Sequence record: MT446387.1
Reading direction: 5' to 3' (one strand)
Length of the DNA stretch: 64,000 nt
Origin: Escherichia phage TH09
Part shown: positions 10,926-20,610 of the stretch, piece by piece
Layout: each line of letters opens with the position of its first letter
How positions within the stretch are numbered: the stretch's first letter is position 1
The notes under the pieces: model-generated
Databases searched by the model: none
The model's input: the letters and a program-made list of their open reading frames with translations, nothing else
What the model was told of the DNA's origin: nothing
Position numbers and translations under genes: made by a program

Positions 10926-11674
10926 TATTGTTTATCCTTCTCAATCAGTTTTAATACGAATCCGCGCTCAGCAGGAATCATTTTCATTATTGAATTTAAG
11001 CTATAATTACTTTTTACGAGCGTGTGATTGATTTGATAAAAAGTAAATATTTCATCTGGGTTAACTAATAGCTTAAACACATCTACTATATCAGTGTATT
11101 TTTTTACATACTTATTACAGCATGACATATGCAATGTTAAATTAATAGGATTCATTGCATCGAGAATTTTTTCTAATGTTTCTATCTCGATGGCATCAAC
11201 AAGTTCTATTTGACTTGATTCGCTAATTTCATTCCAATCATACCACATTTCATCTACTTGAACAGAATGAATATTTTCAGTAATCATCTTTGCTTTATTT
11301 TCATAAAACTCAGAAGGAAACTTTAATTTAATTTTAACATTAGCTACATCAAAAACAGGTTCCTTTAATTCTTTTTGATATATTTCAAATGGAACTGTCT
11401 TTTCTTTTTTACATTTTGGACATACAAATGTGACCGGTACTTTAGTTTTACCTATTGACCCTACAAATACCTGCAAAAATATAAATGGTTGCCAAGTCTT
11501 CGGATAGTCTCCAAAATAATCAGCAATTAAATCAGCAATTATTTCTTTTTGTTCTTGTGGTGACCGATGTTCTATATCGTTTCGAACTAACAAAAAATCT
11601 CGATAATCTTCTACCGTAAATGGTTTAAAACGATGAACACCATCTGGTAATTTACAACGAATAATGTTTGCCAT
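10925..11674 (-). CDS. 51: baseplate hub assembly protein gp51
   Basis: 249-aa ORF, T4 gp51 length and position; TATAAATA late promoter upstream on the minus strand. Confidence 0.8.
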   Translation of the reverse strand: MANIIRCKLPDGVHRFKPFTVEDYRDFLLVRNDIEHRSPQEQKEIIADLIADYFGDYPKTWQPFIFLQVFVGSIGKTKVPVTFVCPKCKKEKTVPFEIYQKELKEPVFDVANVKIKLKFPSEFYENKAKMITENIHSVQVDEMWYDWNEISESSQIELVDAIEIETLEKILDAMNPINLTLHMSCCNKYVKKYTDIVDVFKLLVNPDEIFTFYQINHTLVKSNYSLNSIMKMIPAERGFVLKLIEKDKQ

Positions 11675-11691
11675 AGATGCTCCTTTTATTC

Positions 11692-11703
11692 TATTTATAA
11701 ATA
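11692..11703. promoter_or_regulatory. overlapping divergent late promoters (TATTTATAAATA) for genes 51 and 26
   Basis: TATAAATA on the minus strand at 11692..11699 and on the plus strand at 11696..11703. Confidence 0.65.
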
Positions 11704-11724
11704 TGATAAATAAAGGAGCTAAAT

Positions 11725-12351
11725 ATGTATGAATACAAATTTGATGTGAGAGTTGGTTCTAAAATAATCAACTGTCGCGCATTTACTCTTAAAGAATATC
11801 TAGAACTTATTACTGCTAAAAAGAACGGTTCAGTAGAAGAGATCGTTAAAAAGCTAATCAAAGAATGCACAAATGCAAAAGATTTAAACCGCCAAGAATC
11901 AGAACTACTATTGATTCATTTATGGGCACATTCTCTTGGAGAAGTTAATCACGAAAACTCCTGGAAGTGCACCTGTGGAACTGAAATACCAACCCATATA
12001 AATCTATTACATACACAAATAGATGCACCAGAAGACCTCTGGTATACACTGGGTGACATTAAAATTAAATTCCATTACCCTAAAATTTTTGATGATAAAA
12101 ATATAGCCCACATGATAGTATCATGTATAGAAACGATTCATGCTAACGGGGAAAGCATTCCAGTTGAAGACTTAAATGAAAAAGAACTGGAAGATTTATA
12201 TTCTATCATCACAGAGTCAGATATTGTAGCTATAAAAGATATGCTTTTAAAGCCTACCGTTTATTTGGCTGTTCCAATTAAGTGTCCAGAGTGTGGAAAA
12301 ACTCACGCTCATGTAATAAGAGGACTCAAAGAATTCTTTGAGCTATTGTAA
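11725..12351 (+). CDS. 26: baseplate hub subunit gp26
   Basis: 208-aa ORF, T4 gp26 length; divergent from gene 51, with a late promoter upstream. Confidence 0.8.
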   Translation: MYEYKFDVRVGSKIINCRAFTLKEYLELITAKKNGSVEEIVKKLIKECTNAKDLNRQESELLLIHLWAHSLGEVNHENSWKCTCGTEIPTHINLLHTQIDAPEDLWYTLGDIKIKFHYPKIFDDKNIAHMIVSCIETIHANGESIPVEDLNEKELEDLYSIITESDIVAIKDMLLKPTVYLAVPIKCPECGKTHAHVIRGLKEFFELL

Positions 12352-12749
12352 TGGCAAATATTAATAAGCTTTATTCTGATATTGACCCAGAGATGAAAAT
12401 GGATTGGAACAAAGACGTTTCAAGATCACTTGGATTAAGGTCAATTAAAAATAGTCTTTTAGGAATTATTACAACAAGAAAAGGTTCAAGACCGTTTGAC
12501 CCTGAATTTGGATGTGATTTATCTGACCAACTTTTTGAGAATATGACTCCTCTTACTGCTGACACGGTTGAGCGTAATATCGAAAGCGCAGTAAGAAACT
12601 ATGAGCCACGTATTGATAAATTAGCAGTTAATGTAATACCGGTTTATGATGATTATACTTTGATAGTAGAAATACGCTTTTCAGTCATCGATAACCCTGA
12701 TGATATCGAGCAGATAAAACTACAACTGGCTTCCAGTAATAGAGTATAA
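12351..12749 (+). CDS. 25: baseplate wedge / sheath initiator gp25
   Basis: 132-aa ORF, T4 gp25 length; start overlaps the gene 26 stop (TAATG). Confidence 0.85.
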   Translation: MANINKLYSDIDPEMKMDWNKDVSRSLGLRSIKNSLLGIITTRKGSRPFDPEFGCDLSDQLFENMTPLTADTVERNIESAVRNYEPRIDKLAVNVIPVYDDYTLIVEIRFSVIDNPDDIEQIKLQLASSNRV

Positions 12750-12775
12750 TGCTTCACGTATAAACGTGGTATAAT
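12750..12775 (+). promoter_or_regulatory. middle promoter: MotA box TGCTTCA plus -10 TATAAT (uvsY)
   Basis: aaTGCTTCA at 12750..12756 and TATAAT at 12770..12775, spacing 13 nt. Confidence 0.7.
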
Positions 12776-12815
12776 GAATCTAAGTCCATCCAATAACAAT
12801 TGAATAGAGAACAAT

Positions 12816-13229
12816 ATGAGATTAGAAGATCTTCAAGAAGAATTGAAGAAAGATGTGTTTATAGATTCGACTAAATTACAGTATGAAGCAGCTAATAATG
12901 TGATGTTATATAGTAAATGGCTTAATAAGCATTCAAGTATTAAAAAGGAAATGCTTAGAATTGATGCACAGAAAAAAGTTGCTCTTAAAGCTAAATTAGA
13001 CTACTACTCGGGACGAGGAGATGGTGATGAATTTAGTATGGATCGTTACGAGAAATCAGAAATGAAGACAGTTCTATCAGCTGATAAGGATGTTTTAAAG
13101 GTTGATACTTCATTACAATATTGGGGAATTTTATTAGATTTCTGTAGCGGAGCTCTTGATGCTATCAAATCACGTGGATTTGCTATTAAGCATATTCAAG
13201 ACATGCGGGCATTTGAGGCTGGAAAATAA
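12816..13229 (+). CDS. uvsY: recombination mediator UvsY
   Basis: 137-aa ORF matching recalled T4 UvsY; MotA-box middle promoter upstream. Confidence 0.9.
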   Translation: MRLEDLQEELKKDVFIDSTKLQYEAANNVMLYSKWLNKHSSIKKEMLRIDAQKKVALKAKLDYYSGRGDGDEFSMDRYEKSEMKTVLSADKDVLKVDTSLQYWGILLDFCSGALDAIKSRGFAIKHIQDMRAFEAGK

Positions 13230-13453
13230 TGAGATATAGCATTGATGATGCTTTTAATTATGAAGAAGAATTTGAAACGGAAATTCAATTCTTAATGAAA
13301 AAGCATAATCTTAAGCGTCAGGATATTCGTATCCTGGCCGACCACCCGTGCGGTGAAGATGTCCTTTATATTAAAGGAAAATTTGCCGGATATCTTGATG
13401 AATATTTTTATTCTAAAGATATGGGCATTGATATGCATATGAGAGTTGTATAA
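13229..13453 (+). CDS. hypothetical protein (74 aa)
   Basis: ORF overlapping the uvsY stop; no motif recognised. Confidence 0.5.
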   Translation: MRYSIDDAFNYEEEFETEIQFLMKKHNLKRQDIRILADHPCGEDVLYIKGKFAGYLDEYFYSKDMGIDMHMRVV

Positions 13454-13456
13454 ATA
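13449..13456 (+). promoter_or_regulatory. late promoter TATAAATA
   Basis: Exact motif upstream of the 55-aa Cys-rich ORF. Confidence 0.5.
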
Positions 13457-13481
13457 GATATATAATTCAGAGGAGACAATC

Positions 13482-13649
13482 ATGTCAGATAAGATTTGTG
13501 TTGTCTGTAAAACTCCAATCGATTCTGCATTGGTTGTTGAAACAGACAAAGGTCCTGTACATCCTGGGCCTTGCTATAATTACATTAAAGAACTACCAGT
13601 TTCAGAAAGTTCGGAAGAACAATTAAATGAAACACAACTTTTGCTATAG
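13482..13649 (+). CDS. hypothetical small Cys-rich protein (55 aa; CxxC ... C)
   Basis: ATG at 13482 preceded by AGGAG; not in the ORF track because it is under 60 aa; TATAAATA at 13449..13456; followed by a hairpin with T-run. Confidence 0.45.
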   Translation: MSDKICVVCKTPIDSALVVETDKGPVHPGPCYNYIKELPVSESSEEQLNETQLLL

Positions 13650-13672
13650 TGTGACCTTTAGTCTATAGTTTT

Positions 13673-13701
13673 GGCCCTTCCTTTTTGGTTGGGCCTTTTT
13701 T
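13673..13701 (+). terminator. hairpin plus T-run
   Basis: ggccc...gggcc followed by tttttt. Confidence 0.5.
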
Positions 13702-13704
13702 AAT

Positions 13705-13947
13705 TTAAAAGCTTTCTTCTACTTCATCGTCTGAATCTTCTAATTCAGCTCTTTTTCCTGCCAAAGCATCTCTCACAGAGATGTCATCAGTATCTTTTAA
13801 TTCAGTTTCTTTAACTCTTTTCTTGTAATAAGCTTCAAGTTCTTCTAAACCTTCTAATGTTTGACAAGAGGCAATTTTACCCATAAATTCATCAATAGAA
13901 GCTTCATAAAGAAATTGTTTAAATCCTAGTAACATCTTTTTCTCCAA
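13705..13947 (-). CDS. UvsW.1-like small acidic protein
   Basis: 80-aa ORF immediately downstream of uvsW on the minus strand, separated from it by a UUCG hairpin. Confidence 0.65.
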   Translation of the reverse strand: MEKKMLLGFKQFLYEASIDEFMGKIASCQTLEGLEELEAYYKKRVKETELKDTDDISVRDALAGKRAELEDSDDEVEESF

Positions 13948-13960
13948 AGGGCCGAAGCCC

Positions 13961-15472
13961 TTATAAATTAACTGTTTTCATTACGTAATTAAATTTTTCA
14001 TCTGCGTAGCGCTGAATACGATCAATGCCGTGTTTTAAAAGATAGTTCAAATGAACGTATTTCTTTTTCGTATTAGCAGATTTTGGCTTAACACCACAAT
14101 CATCGATGAGGTCCCAGACTGTTGCTATTGTCTTAGAACCATGCTTACGTAATACACGACCGATTGTTTGTAATACAATGATTTTTGATTTAACGCCGTG
14201 CGCTAAAACAACATGATGCAGATTTTTAACTGAAATACCAGTAGAAAATACACCATAACTCGCTACTATAATTATTCCTTTACCATTTTCAGCTAAGGTT
14301 TTCATTATATTGCGGGTTTCAGTATCAACTTCCCCTGATACGTAATAAACTTTATCGTATTCATTTTTAATTAAATCGAAAATAGCTTTACCGTGCGATA
14401 CGTGTTTAAACATGACAAAAGCGTTTTCATCTTTTTGTGCAAGCTTAATAGCTAATTTAGCGATCCATTTATTTCTTTTACTGAGCCCAGTAATAATTTT
14501 TATTTCTTCTTGGTAAGTTTTTCCCTTTAATTTAGTAGTGAACTCATCGGGATAGCGAAGAAAAATACTATTAATTTTTAACTCAGTTACTTGTCCATCT
14601 TCCATTAATTTAGAGGTCGTTACTGGCTTAAATATTTCACCAAACATTCCAACATACTGCATGATATTGGCTTTGCCGTCACGTAATGAACCTGATAGAC
14701 CAAATTTAAACATGCAGTTATTTAAACCTGATATGATAGATGAAATACTTTTTCCTGTAGCAAGATGGCATTCATCATTCATCATCATTCCAAACTGTGA
14801 GAACCATTCTTTCGGCTGTTTTACTACAGTTTGCCATGTACCAACAACGACTGGTGCATCATTTTTATATTTATCATCTTTTGATGCTCCACCGCCGATT
14901 TTCTTTATCATTGCATGACTGAATAAACGATAGTCAACAAAGTCATCAGCCATCTGAGTTGTCAGAGCAGTTGTTGGAACAATGATAAGAATTTTACCTT
15001 CATAATTTTCCAAATAATACCGAGCAAGCAAAGCTTGAATTAAAGATTTACCTGCAGATGTTGGAAGATTAAGAATTCTACGACGATTAACTAATCCTTC
15101 GAACACTGCATCTTTTTGATACCAGTGCGGTTCAATTCTTTTATTTCCTGAATAGATTTCTAATTTAGAAAGCCATTCATCAAAATCTTTTCTTGATAAT
15201 TCTTCTTTTTCGTTAATTTGCGGGTCAATCCAGGCTTTATAGCCAAAGTTATCACAGAACTTTTTAATTTGCCCGACCAAGCCGAATGGAAGAAGGCGAT
15301 TATAATCTAAAAGACGGATTCGTCCATCCCAGTGGCCATATCTGTACTTCGGATTAAAACGATACCCATCAGCTTCAAAGCTAAAGAAATCACGGAGTTC
15401 ATGAAATGTACTTTCTTCACAATCAATTCTCACGTGACTAAAATCATAAAAATGTACTTTAATGTCAGTCAT
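13961..15472 (-). CDS. uvsW: UvsW DNA/RNA helicase (SF2)
   Basis: 503-aa ORF with Walker A (TSAGKS), DECH box and helicase C motifs; length matches T4 UvsW. Confidence 0.9.
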   Translation of the reverse strand: MTDIKVHFYDFSHVRIDCEESTFHELRDFFSFEADGYRFNPKYRYGHWDGRIRLLDYNRLLPFGLVGQIKKFCDNFGYKAWIDPQINEKEELSRKDFDEWLSKLEIYSGNKRIEPHWYQKDAVFEGLVNRRRILNLPTSAGKSLIQALLARYYLENYEGKILIIVPTTALTTQMADDFVDYRLFSHAMIKKIGGGASKDDKYKNDAPVVVGTWQTVVKQPKEWFSQFGMMMNDECHLATGKSISSIISGLNNCMFKFGLSGSLRDGKANIMQYVGMFGEIFKPVTTSKLMEDGQVTELKINSIFLRYPDEFTTKLKGKTYQEEIKIITGLSKRNKWIAKLAIKLAQKDENAFVMFKHVSHGKAIFDLIKNEYDKVYYVSGEVDTETRNIMKTLAENGKGIIIVASYGVFSTGISVKNLHHVVLAHGVKSKIIVLQTIGRVLRKHGSKTIATVWDLIDDCGVKPKSANTKKKYVHLNYLLKHGIDRIQRYADEKFNYVMKTVNL

Positions 15473-15501
15473 GTCTAAATACCATGTAATAAATATATCT
15501 A

Positions 15502-15509
15502 TATTTATA
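15502..15509 (-). promoter_or_regulatory. late promoter TATAAATA (uvsW)
   Basis: TATTTATA on the plus strand, 30 nt upstream of the uvsW start. Confidence 0.6.
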
Positions 15510-15522
15510 CTGAGGAAATATT

Positions 15523-16203
15523 ATGATAGATAAAGATTATATTGCAGAGCTGAAGGCTCTTGATGATAACAAAGAAGCTAAAGCTAAATTAGCTGAATAT
15601 GCTGAGCAGTTTGGTATAAAGGTCAAAAAGAATAAATCTTTTGATAATATCGTTGTTGATATTGAAGAAGCCCTCCAGAAGCTCGCTAGTGAACCTATGC
15701 CAGAGACTGATGGGTTATCTATTAAAGACTTAATTGATGCTGCTGATGCTGCAGAGGGGTTAAAATATGACGATGAAGAAGTCAATCCAGAGGCAGCACT
15801 TCTGATTGATTCTCCGGTTAAATCTGACATTAAAATTGAAGTAGTAGAAACGGATAAAATTCCTGAAAATACCGATGTTTTGATTGAAGATACTCCTTTT
15901 GTTGAAGAAAAATTCGAGCAGGCTGTAGCTGAGATTATTGAATCTGAAAAGCTGTCTGTATTTACTCTTCCGGAAAACTTTAGTCCGAATCTTCAGCTGA
16001 TTGGAAAAAATCCAGGATTCTGCACCGTTCCTTGGTGGATTTACCAGTGGATTGCTGAAACTCCGGATTGGAAATCTCACCCAACTAGTTTTGAGCATGC
16101 GTCAGCACACCAAACTTTATTTAGCTTAATTTATTACATTAACCGTGACGGATCAGTTTTAATTCGTGAAACACGCAATTCTTCTTTCGTAACATTAAAA
16201 TAA
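15523..16203 (+). CDS. inh: Inh-like protein (inhibitor of prohead protease), tentative
   Basis: 226-aa acidic ORF in the position of T4 inh, between uvsW and hoc. Confidence 0.55.
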   Translation: MIDKDYIAELKALDDNKEAKAKLAEYAEQFGIKVKKNKSFDNIVVDIEEALQKLASEPMPETDGLSIKDLIDAADAAEGLKYDDEEVNPEAALLIDSPVKSDIKIEVVETDKIPENTDVLIEDTPFVEEKFEQAVAEIIESEKLSVFTLPENFSPNLQLIGKNPGFCTVPWWIYQWIAETPDWKSHPTSFEHASAHQTLFSLIYYINRDGSVLIRETRNSSFVTLK

Positions 16204-16212
16204 GGATAACTT

Positions 16213-17631
16213 ATGACTTTTACAGTTGATATAACTCCTAAAACACCTACTGGAGTTATAGATCAGACTCAGCAGTTTACTGCTACACCCAGTGGTCAAA
16301 CTGGAGATGGACCTATTACCTATGCTTGGACTGTTGATGATGCACCGCAGGAAGAAACGTCTGCAACTTTTAGTTATGTACTAAAAGGTCCTGCTGGACA
16401 AAAGACTATTAAGGTAGTTGCAACAAATCCAGTTCCTGATTCTGAAGCTGAAACAGCTGAAATTAGTACAACTATCACAGTTCAAAATAAGACACAGACA
16501 ACTACCTTGGCAGTAACTCCTGATAGTCCTGCTGCTGGAGTGATTGGAACAGCTGTTGAATTTACCGCTGCCTTAGCTTCACAGCCATCAGGTGCAAACG
16601 CTACGTATCAATGGCACGTTGACGGTTCTCCTGTAGACGAAGCAACTGACGCTACATTCAATTACACTCCTGACACAAGCGGAGTTAAAACAATTAAGTG
16701 TGTAGCTCAAGTAACCGCGACAGATTATGATACAAAGGAAGTTACTTCCAATGAAGTGTCACTGACTGTTAATAAAAAGACGCAGACAACTACCTTAGCA
16801 GTAACTCCTGATAGTCCTTCAGCTGGAGTAATTGGAACCCCAGTTCAATTTACTGCTGCCTTGGTTTCTCAACCTGTTGGAGCGTCTGCTACATATAAAT
16901 GGTATGTAGATGATTCACAAGTTGGTGGAGAAACTAACTCTACATTTAACTATACTCCAACTACAAGTGGAGTAAAAAGAATTAAATGCGTAGCCCAAGT
17001 AACTGCTGAAAATTACAATGAAAAGGAAGTTACTTCGAATGAAGTATCATTAACAGTTAATAAGAAGACAATGAATCCACAGGTTACATTGACTCCTCCT
17101 TCTATTAACGTTCAACAAGATGCTTCGGCTACATTTACTGCTAATGTCACTGATGCTCCAGAAGAAGCGCAAATTGCGTATTCATGGAAGAAAGATTCTT
17201 CTCCTGTAGAAGGGTCAACTAATGTATATACCGTTGATACCTCATCTATTGGAAGTCAAACTATTGAAGTTACTGCAACTGTTACTGCTGCTGATTATGA
17301 TAGCAAAACTATTACGGCGGAAGGTCAAGTTCAGGTAACTGATAAAGTTGCTCCAGAGCCAGAAGGTGAATTACCTTATGTTCATCCTCTTCCACATCGT
17401 ACTTCAGCTTACATCTGGTGTGGTTGGTGGGTTATGGATGAAATCCAAAAAATGACCGAAGAAGGTAAAGATTGGAAAACTGAAGATCCAGATAGTAAAT
17501 ACTACCTGCATCGTTACACTCTTCAGAAGATGATGAAAGACTATCCAGAAGTTGATGTCCAAGAATCACGTAATGGATACATCATTCACAAAACTGCTTT
17601 AGAAACTGGTATAATCTATACCTATCCATAA
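16213..17631 (+). CDS. hoc: Hoc outer capsid decoration protein with four Ig-like domains
   Basis: 472-aa ORF; repeated ~96-aa Ig-like units; C-terminal capsid-binding region matches recalled T4 Hoc (YTLQKMMKDYPEVDVQESRNGYIIHKTALETGIIYTYP). Confidence 0.85.
   Translation: MTFTVDITPKTPTGVIDQTQQFTATPSGQTGDGPITYAWTVDDAPQEETSATFSYVLKGPAGQKTIKVVATNPVPDSEAETAEISTTITVQNKTQTTTLAVTPDSPAAGVIGTAVEFTAALASQPSGANATYQWHVDGSPVDEATDATFNYTPDTSGVKTIKCVAQVTATDYDTKEVTSNEVSLTVNKKTQTTTLAVTPDSPSAGVIGTPVQFTAALVSQPVGASATYKWYVDDSQVGGETNSTFNYTPTTSGVKRIKCVAQVTAENYNEKEVTSNEVSLTVNKKTMNPQVTLTPPSINVQQDASATFTANVTDAPEEAQIAYSWKKDSSPVEGSTNVYTVDTSSIGSQTIEVTATVTAADYDSKTITAEGQVQVTDKVAPEPEGELPYVHPLPHRTSAYIWCGWWVMDEIQKMTEEGKDWKTEDPDSKYYLHRYTLQKMMKDYPEVDVQESRNGYIIHKTALETGIIYTYP
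16489..17064 (+). repeat. tandem duplication of an Ig-like domain-coding unit inside hoc (2 x 288 bp)
   Basis: Units 16489..16776 and 16777..17064 encode near-identical 96-aa segments (KTQTTTLAVTPDSP...EVSLTVNK). Confidence 0.8.
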
Positions 17632-17635
17632 TCAT

Positions 17636-17664
17636 AAGGGGCTTCGGCCCCTTTCTTCATTTTG
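17636..17664 (+). terminator. hairpin (UUCG loop) plus T-run after hoc
   Basis: aaggggcTTCGgcccctt followed by tcttcatttt. Confidence 0.65.
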
Positions 17665-17720
17665 AAAGCACACAAAACACACTCAGAAAATGATGTATAT
17701 AATGGCACCAACTCGATAAC

Positions 17721-17936
17721 ATGAGATTGATTATGAGAACTGAAGTTGTGGTGTTTACTCTTCATGAGTCTGGAAAGTCATTCATTGAAATTGCTCGTGA
17801 ATTGAACTTACAGGCAAAAGAAGTGGCTGTATTATGGGCTCGAGCTATGACTGCTAAGAATAAATTTGAAACTCGAGAAAAAGTTGTCTATAGAAAAAGA
17901 CATATTAATAAAAAGGTGAAAAATGGAACAGTATGA
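17721..17936 (+). CDS. hypothetical small protein with helix-turn-helix-like segment (71 aa)
   Basis: ORF; segment SFIEIARELNLQAKEVAVLW resembles a DNA-binding HTH; basic C-terminus. Confidence 0.45.
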   Translation: MRLIMRTEVVVFTLHESGKSFIEIARELNLQAKEVAVLWARAMTAKNKFETREKVVYRKRHINKKVKNGTV

Positions 17937-18201
17937 TCTTTATGAAAATGAATCTTTTGCTAATCAATTACGCGAAAAAGCACTTAAAAGTAAACAGTTT
18001 AAGCTAGAGTGTTTTATTAAAGATTTTTCGGAACTTGCTAATAAAGCAGCTGAACAAGGTAAAACATATTTTAGTTATTATTGTACTGCTCGCGATAAAT
18101 TGATTACTGAAGAAATTGGTGATTGGCTGAGAAAAGAAGGATTTAGCTTTAAAGTCAATAGTGATCAACGTGATGGTGATTGGTTAGAAATTACATTTTG
18201 A
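17923..18201 (+). CDS. hypothetical protein (92 aa)
   Basis: ORF overlapping the upstream stop; no motif recognised. Confidence 0.5.
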   Translation: MEQYDLYENESFANQLREKALKSKQFKLECFIKDFSELANKAAEQGKTYFSYYCTARDKLITEEIGDWLRKEGFSFKVNSDQRDGDWLEITF

Positions 18202-18210
18202 GGATTAATT

Positions 18211-19215
18211 ATGTTTAAAAAGTATAGCAGTCTTGAAAATCATTACAATTCTAAATTCATTGAAAAACTTTACAGTTTAGGATTGACTGGCGGCGAATGG
18301 GTAGCTCGTGAAAAGATTCATGGCACAAATTTCTCACTGATTATTGAACGCGATAAAGCAACTTGTGCTAAACGTACTGGACCGATTCTTCCTGCTGAAG
18401 ATTTCTTTGGGTATGAAATTATTCTAAAGAATTACGCTGATTCCATTAAAGCAGTACAAGATATTATGGAAACTTCGGCAGTTGTATCTTATCAAGTCTT
18501 CGGCGAATTCGCTGGACCTGGCATTCAGAAGAATGTCGATTATGGTGATAAAGATTTTTATGTATTTGACATTATTGTTACTACAGAAAGTGGTGATGTG
18601 ACTTATGTCGATGATTATATGATGGAATCATTCTGTAATACATTCAAATTTAAAATGGCTCCACTTTTGGGTCGTGGTAAATTTGAAGAACTTATTAAAT
18701 TGCCAAATGATTTAGATTCTGTCGTCCAGGATTATAATTTTACGGTAGACCACGCTGGATTAGTTGATGCAAATAAATGCGTTTGGAATGCTGAAGCAAA
18801 AGGCGAAGTATTTACTGCTGAAGGATATGTATTGAAACCTTGTTATCCTTCTTGGATGCCTAATGGTAATCGCGTAGCTATCAAATGCAAGAACTCTAAA
18901 TTTAGCGAAAAGAAAAAGTCTGATAAGCCTATTAAAGTTAAAGTTGAACTGTCAGAAGCTGATAACAAATTGCTGGGAATTTTAGCTTGCTACGTTACAC
19001 TGAATCGGGTAAATAACGTTATTTCTAAAATTGGCGAAATTGGTCCAAAAGATTTTGGAAAGGTGATGGGACTAACTGTTCAAGATATTTTGGAAGAAAC
19101 TTCTCGTGAAGGTATTACTTTAACTCAAGCGGATAATCCTTCCTTGATTAAGAAGGAATTAGTTAAAATGGTACAAGATGTACTTCGTCCGGCTTGGATT
19201 GAATTGGTAAGTTAA
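18211..19215 (+). CDS. rnlB: RNA ligase 2
   Basis: 334-aa ORF matching recalled T4 Rnl2 ([20 protein letters not shown]..., KIHGTN nucleotidyltransferase motif). Confidence 0.9.
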   Translation: MFKKYSSLENHYNSKFIEKLYSLGLTGGEWVAREKIHGTNFSLIIERDKATCAKRTGPILPAEDFFGYEIILKNYADSIKAVQDIMETSAVVSYQVFGEFAGPGIQKNVDYGDKDFYVFDIIVTTESGDVTYVDDYMMESFCNTFKFKMAPLLGRGKFEELIKLPNDLDSVVQDYNFTVDHAGLVDANKCVWNAEAKGEVFTAEGYVLKPCYPSWMPNGNRVAIKCKNSKFSEKKKSDKPIKVKVELSEADNKLLGILACYVTLNRVNNVISKIGEIGPKDFGKVMGLTVQDILEETSREGITLTQADNPSLIKKELVKMVQDVLRPAWIELVS

Positions 19216-19219
19216 ATAA

Positions 19220-19246
19220 AAGGGACCTTTCGGTCCCTTTGTTTTA
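19220..19246. terminator. bidirectional hairpin between rnlB and gene 24
   Basis: aagggacc-tttc-ggtccctt flanked by A/T runs. Confidence 0.65.
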
Positions 19247-20527
19247 TTCATCAACGATAATTTTTGGTAGCTTAACACCTAATAAAACAGACAAATCTGA
19301 ACGACCCGCCATTTTATCCATGTCTCCACCATCAATTATTCTTGCTTCTTTTTCATCTTTTGCTACAGTATAAGGATTTGCAGATAAAGCATATCTAACC
19401 AATAAACCGATAGATGGCTGCAAACTTTCTGGATCAACTACAACTTTAAATGCACCTACATGTTCAGGGTCATCTAAGTCAAGACCTTCTGTATATGGAG
19501 CATAGAAAATTGATCCAACAATTTCTTTTTCACCGATATTTTCTACTACGCCAACGATTACATAATCTAATGGGCTGTTGGTATCGCAATAAAGCGGTAA
19601 ACCATTAGCTAAGAACCCGTAGGCATTTTGTGAAAGATATTTGTCATCTTCTGGTTTATGTTTTAACCAACCTGATGCAGCAAGAATCGCAGCGGCACGA
19701 GCTGAAGCAACACAGAACGTTGCAGTATAAGTTGATTCTTTTTGGATATGCGAAACCATTTCACACACCATTCGGTATAATGAACGACCAGCTTCAGGTG
19801 CAGATGCATAACTCAAATCAATGAATCCAGTATCAGTAATTCCTGTGACTTTATAGCGTTTTGATACTGTAATCAAAGACTGCAGAATATCTTTATTGAT
19901 TTCATCTGCCATTTCGGTTGCAAGCAAATCTTCCAAGAAATTAGGAGCATCGAATCCATTTGCTTCTAAATCTTGTGCTAATTCAACTGTAATGCCAGTT
20001 TTAAGTTTACGAGATTTAACTGCGGTTTGCCATTTATTAATCTGGAATCTAGCATCCGCAATTTCACTATCAGAGCTTTCAAATTTGCTTGTTACTGCAG
20101 CATCAGAAAATAGACGAACCTTTAAAAGAACAATTGCAATCTGAAGAGCTAATTCTAAATCACTTTCTTCAATATCAGCAAATGGTGTATTTTCTAATAC
20201 TTTATAAACGATATTATTATATTTGAATAAATCGCCTTTATTGAGAGTTAATTTAGACTCTTCTGTTAATTCTGTGATTTGTTCTCGGTCTACGTATCCA
20301 GCTTCGCCGGCGTAAGTAGCACCAGTTTTAAATGTAAATTCGTTATCAGGGTTAAGGTATTTGATACCATAAAAAGCAGCAACAGGTTGATTAGTTCTTT
20401 GCGTTGCTACAATGTCAGAATATATTAATTTAGTGGTAGCGCGAGTCAAAGCAACGAGATTTGGGCGACCGATTGAGTTGCTATTCGTTGTGGTTGATTC
20501 GCGCAGAAGTTCGTTGATTTTAGCCAT
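19244..20527 (-). CDS. 24: head vertex protein gp24
   Basis: 427-aa ORF, T4 gp24 length; paralogous to gp23; late promoter upstream. Confidence 0.9.
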   Translation of the reverse strand: MAKINELLRESTTTNSNSIGRPNLVALTRATTKLIYSDIVATQRTNQPVAAFYGIKYLNPDNEFTFKTGATYAGEAGYVDREQITELTEESKLTLNKGDLFKYNNIVYKVLENTPFADIEESDLELALQIAIVLLKVRLFSDAAVTSKFESSDSEIADARFQINKWQTAVKSRKLKTGITVELAQDLEANGFDAPNFLEDLLATEMADEINKDILQSLITVSKRYKVTGITDTGFIDLSYASAPEAGRSLYRMVCEMVSHIQKESTYTATFCVASARAAAILAASGWLKHKPEDDKYLSQNAYGFLANGLPLYCDTNSPLDYVIVGVVENIGEKEIVGSIFYAPYTEGLDLDDPEHVGAFKVVVDPESLQPSIGLLVRYALSANPYTVAKDEKEARIIDGGDMDKMAGRSDLSVLLGVKLPKIIVDE

Positions 20528-20554
20528 TGCGCTTTCCTTTTGGTTTATATGATT

Positions 20555-20562
20555 TATTTATA
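20555..20562 (-). promoter_or_regulatory. late promoter TATAAATA (gene 24)
   Basis: TATTTATA on the plus strand, 27 nt upstream of the gene 24 start. Confidence 0.7.
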
Positions 20563-20577
20563 CCATAAAAACAACTA

Positions 20578-20597
20578 AAGGGACCCGAAGGTCCCTT
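20578..20597 (-). terminator. hairpin after gene 23
   Basis: aagggacc-cgaa-ggtccctt, followed on the minus strand by tagttgtttt. Confidence 0.55.
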
Positions 20598-20610
20598 AAA
20601 TCGTCAAAGA

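Noticed and set aside
15537-16098. Two minus-strand ORFs (97 and 112 aa) antisense to inh
   Set aside because: Embedded antisense ORFs with low-complexity translations and no promoter or ribosome-binding site.
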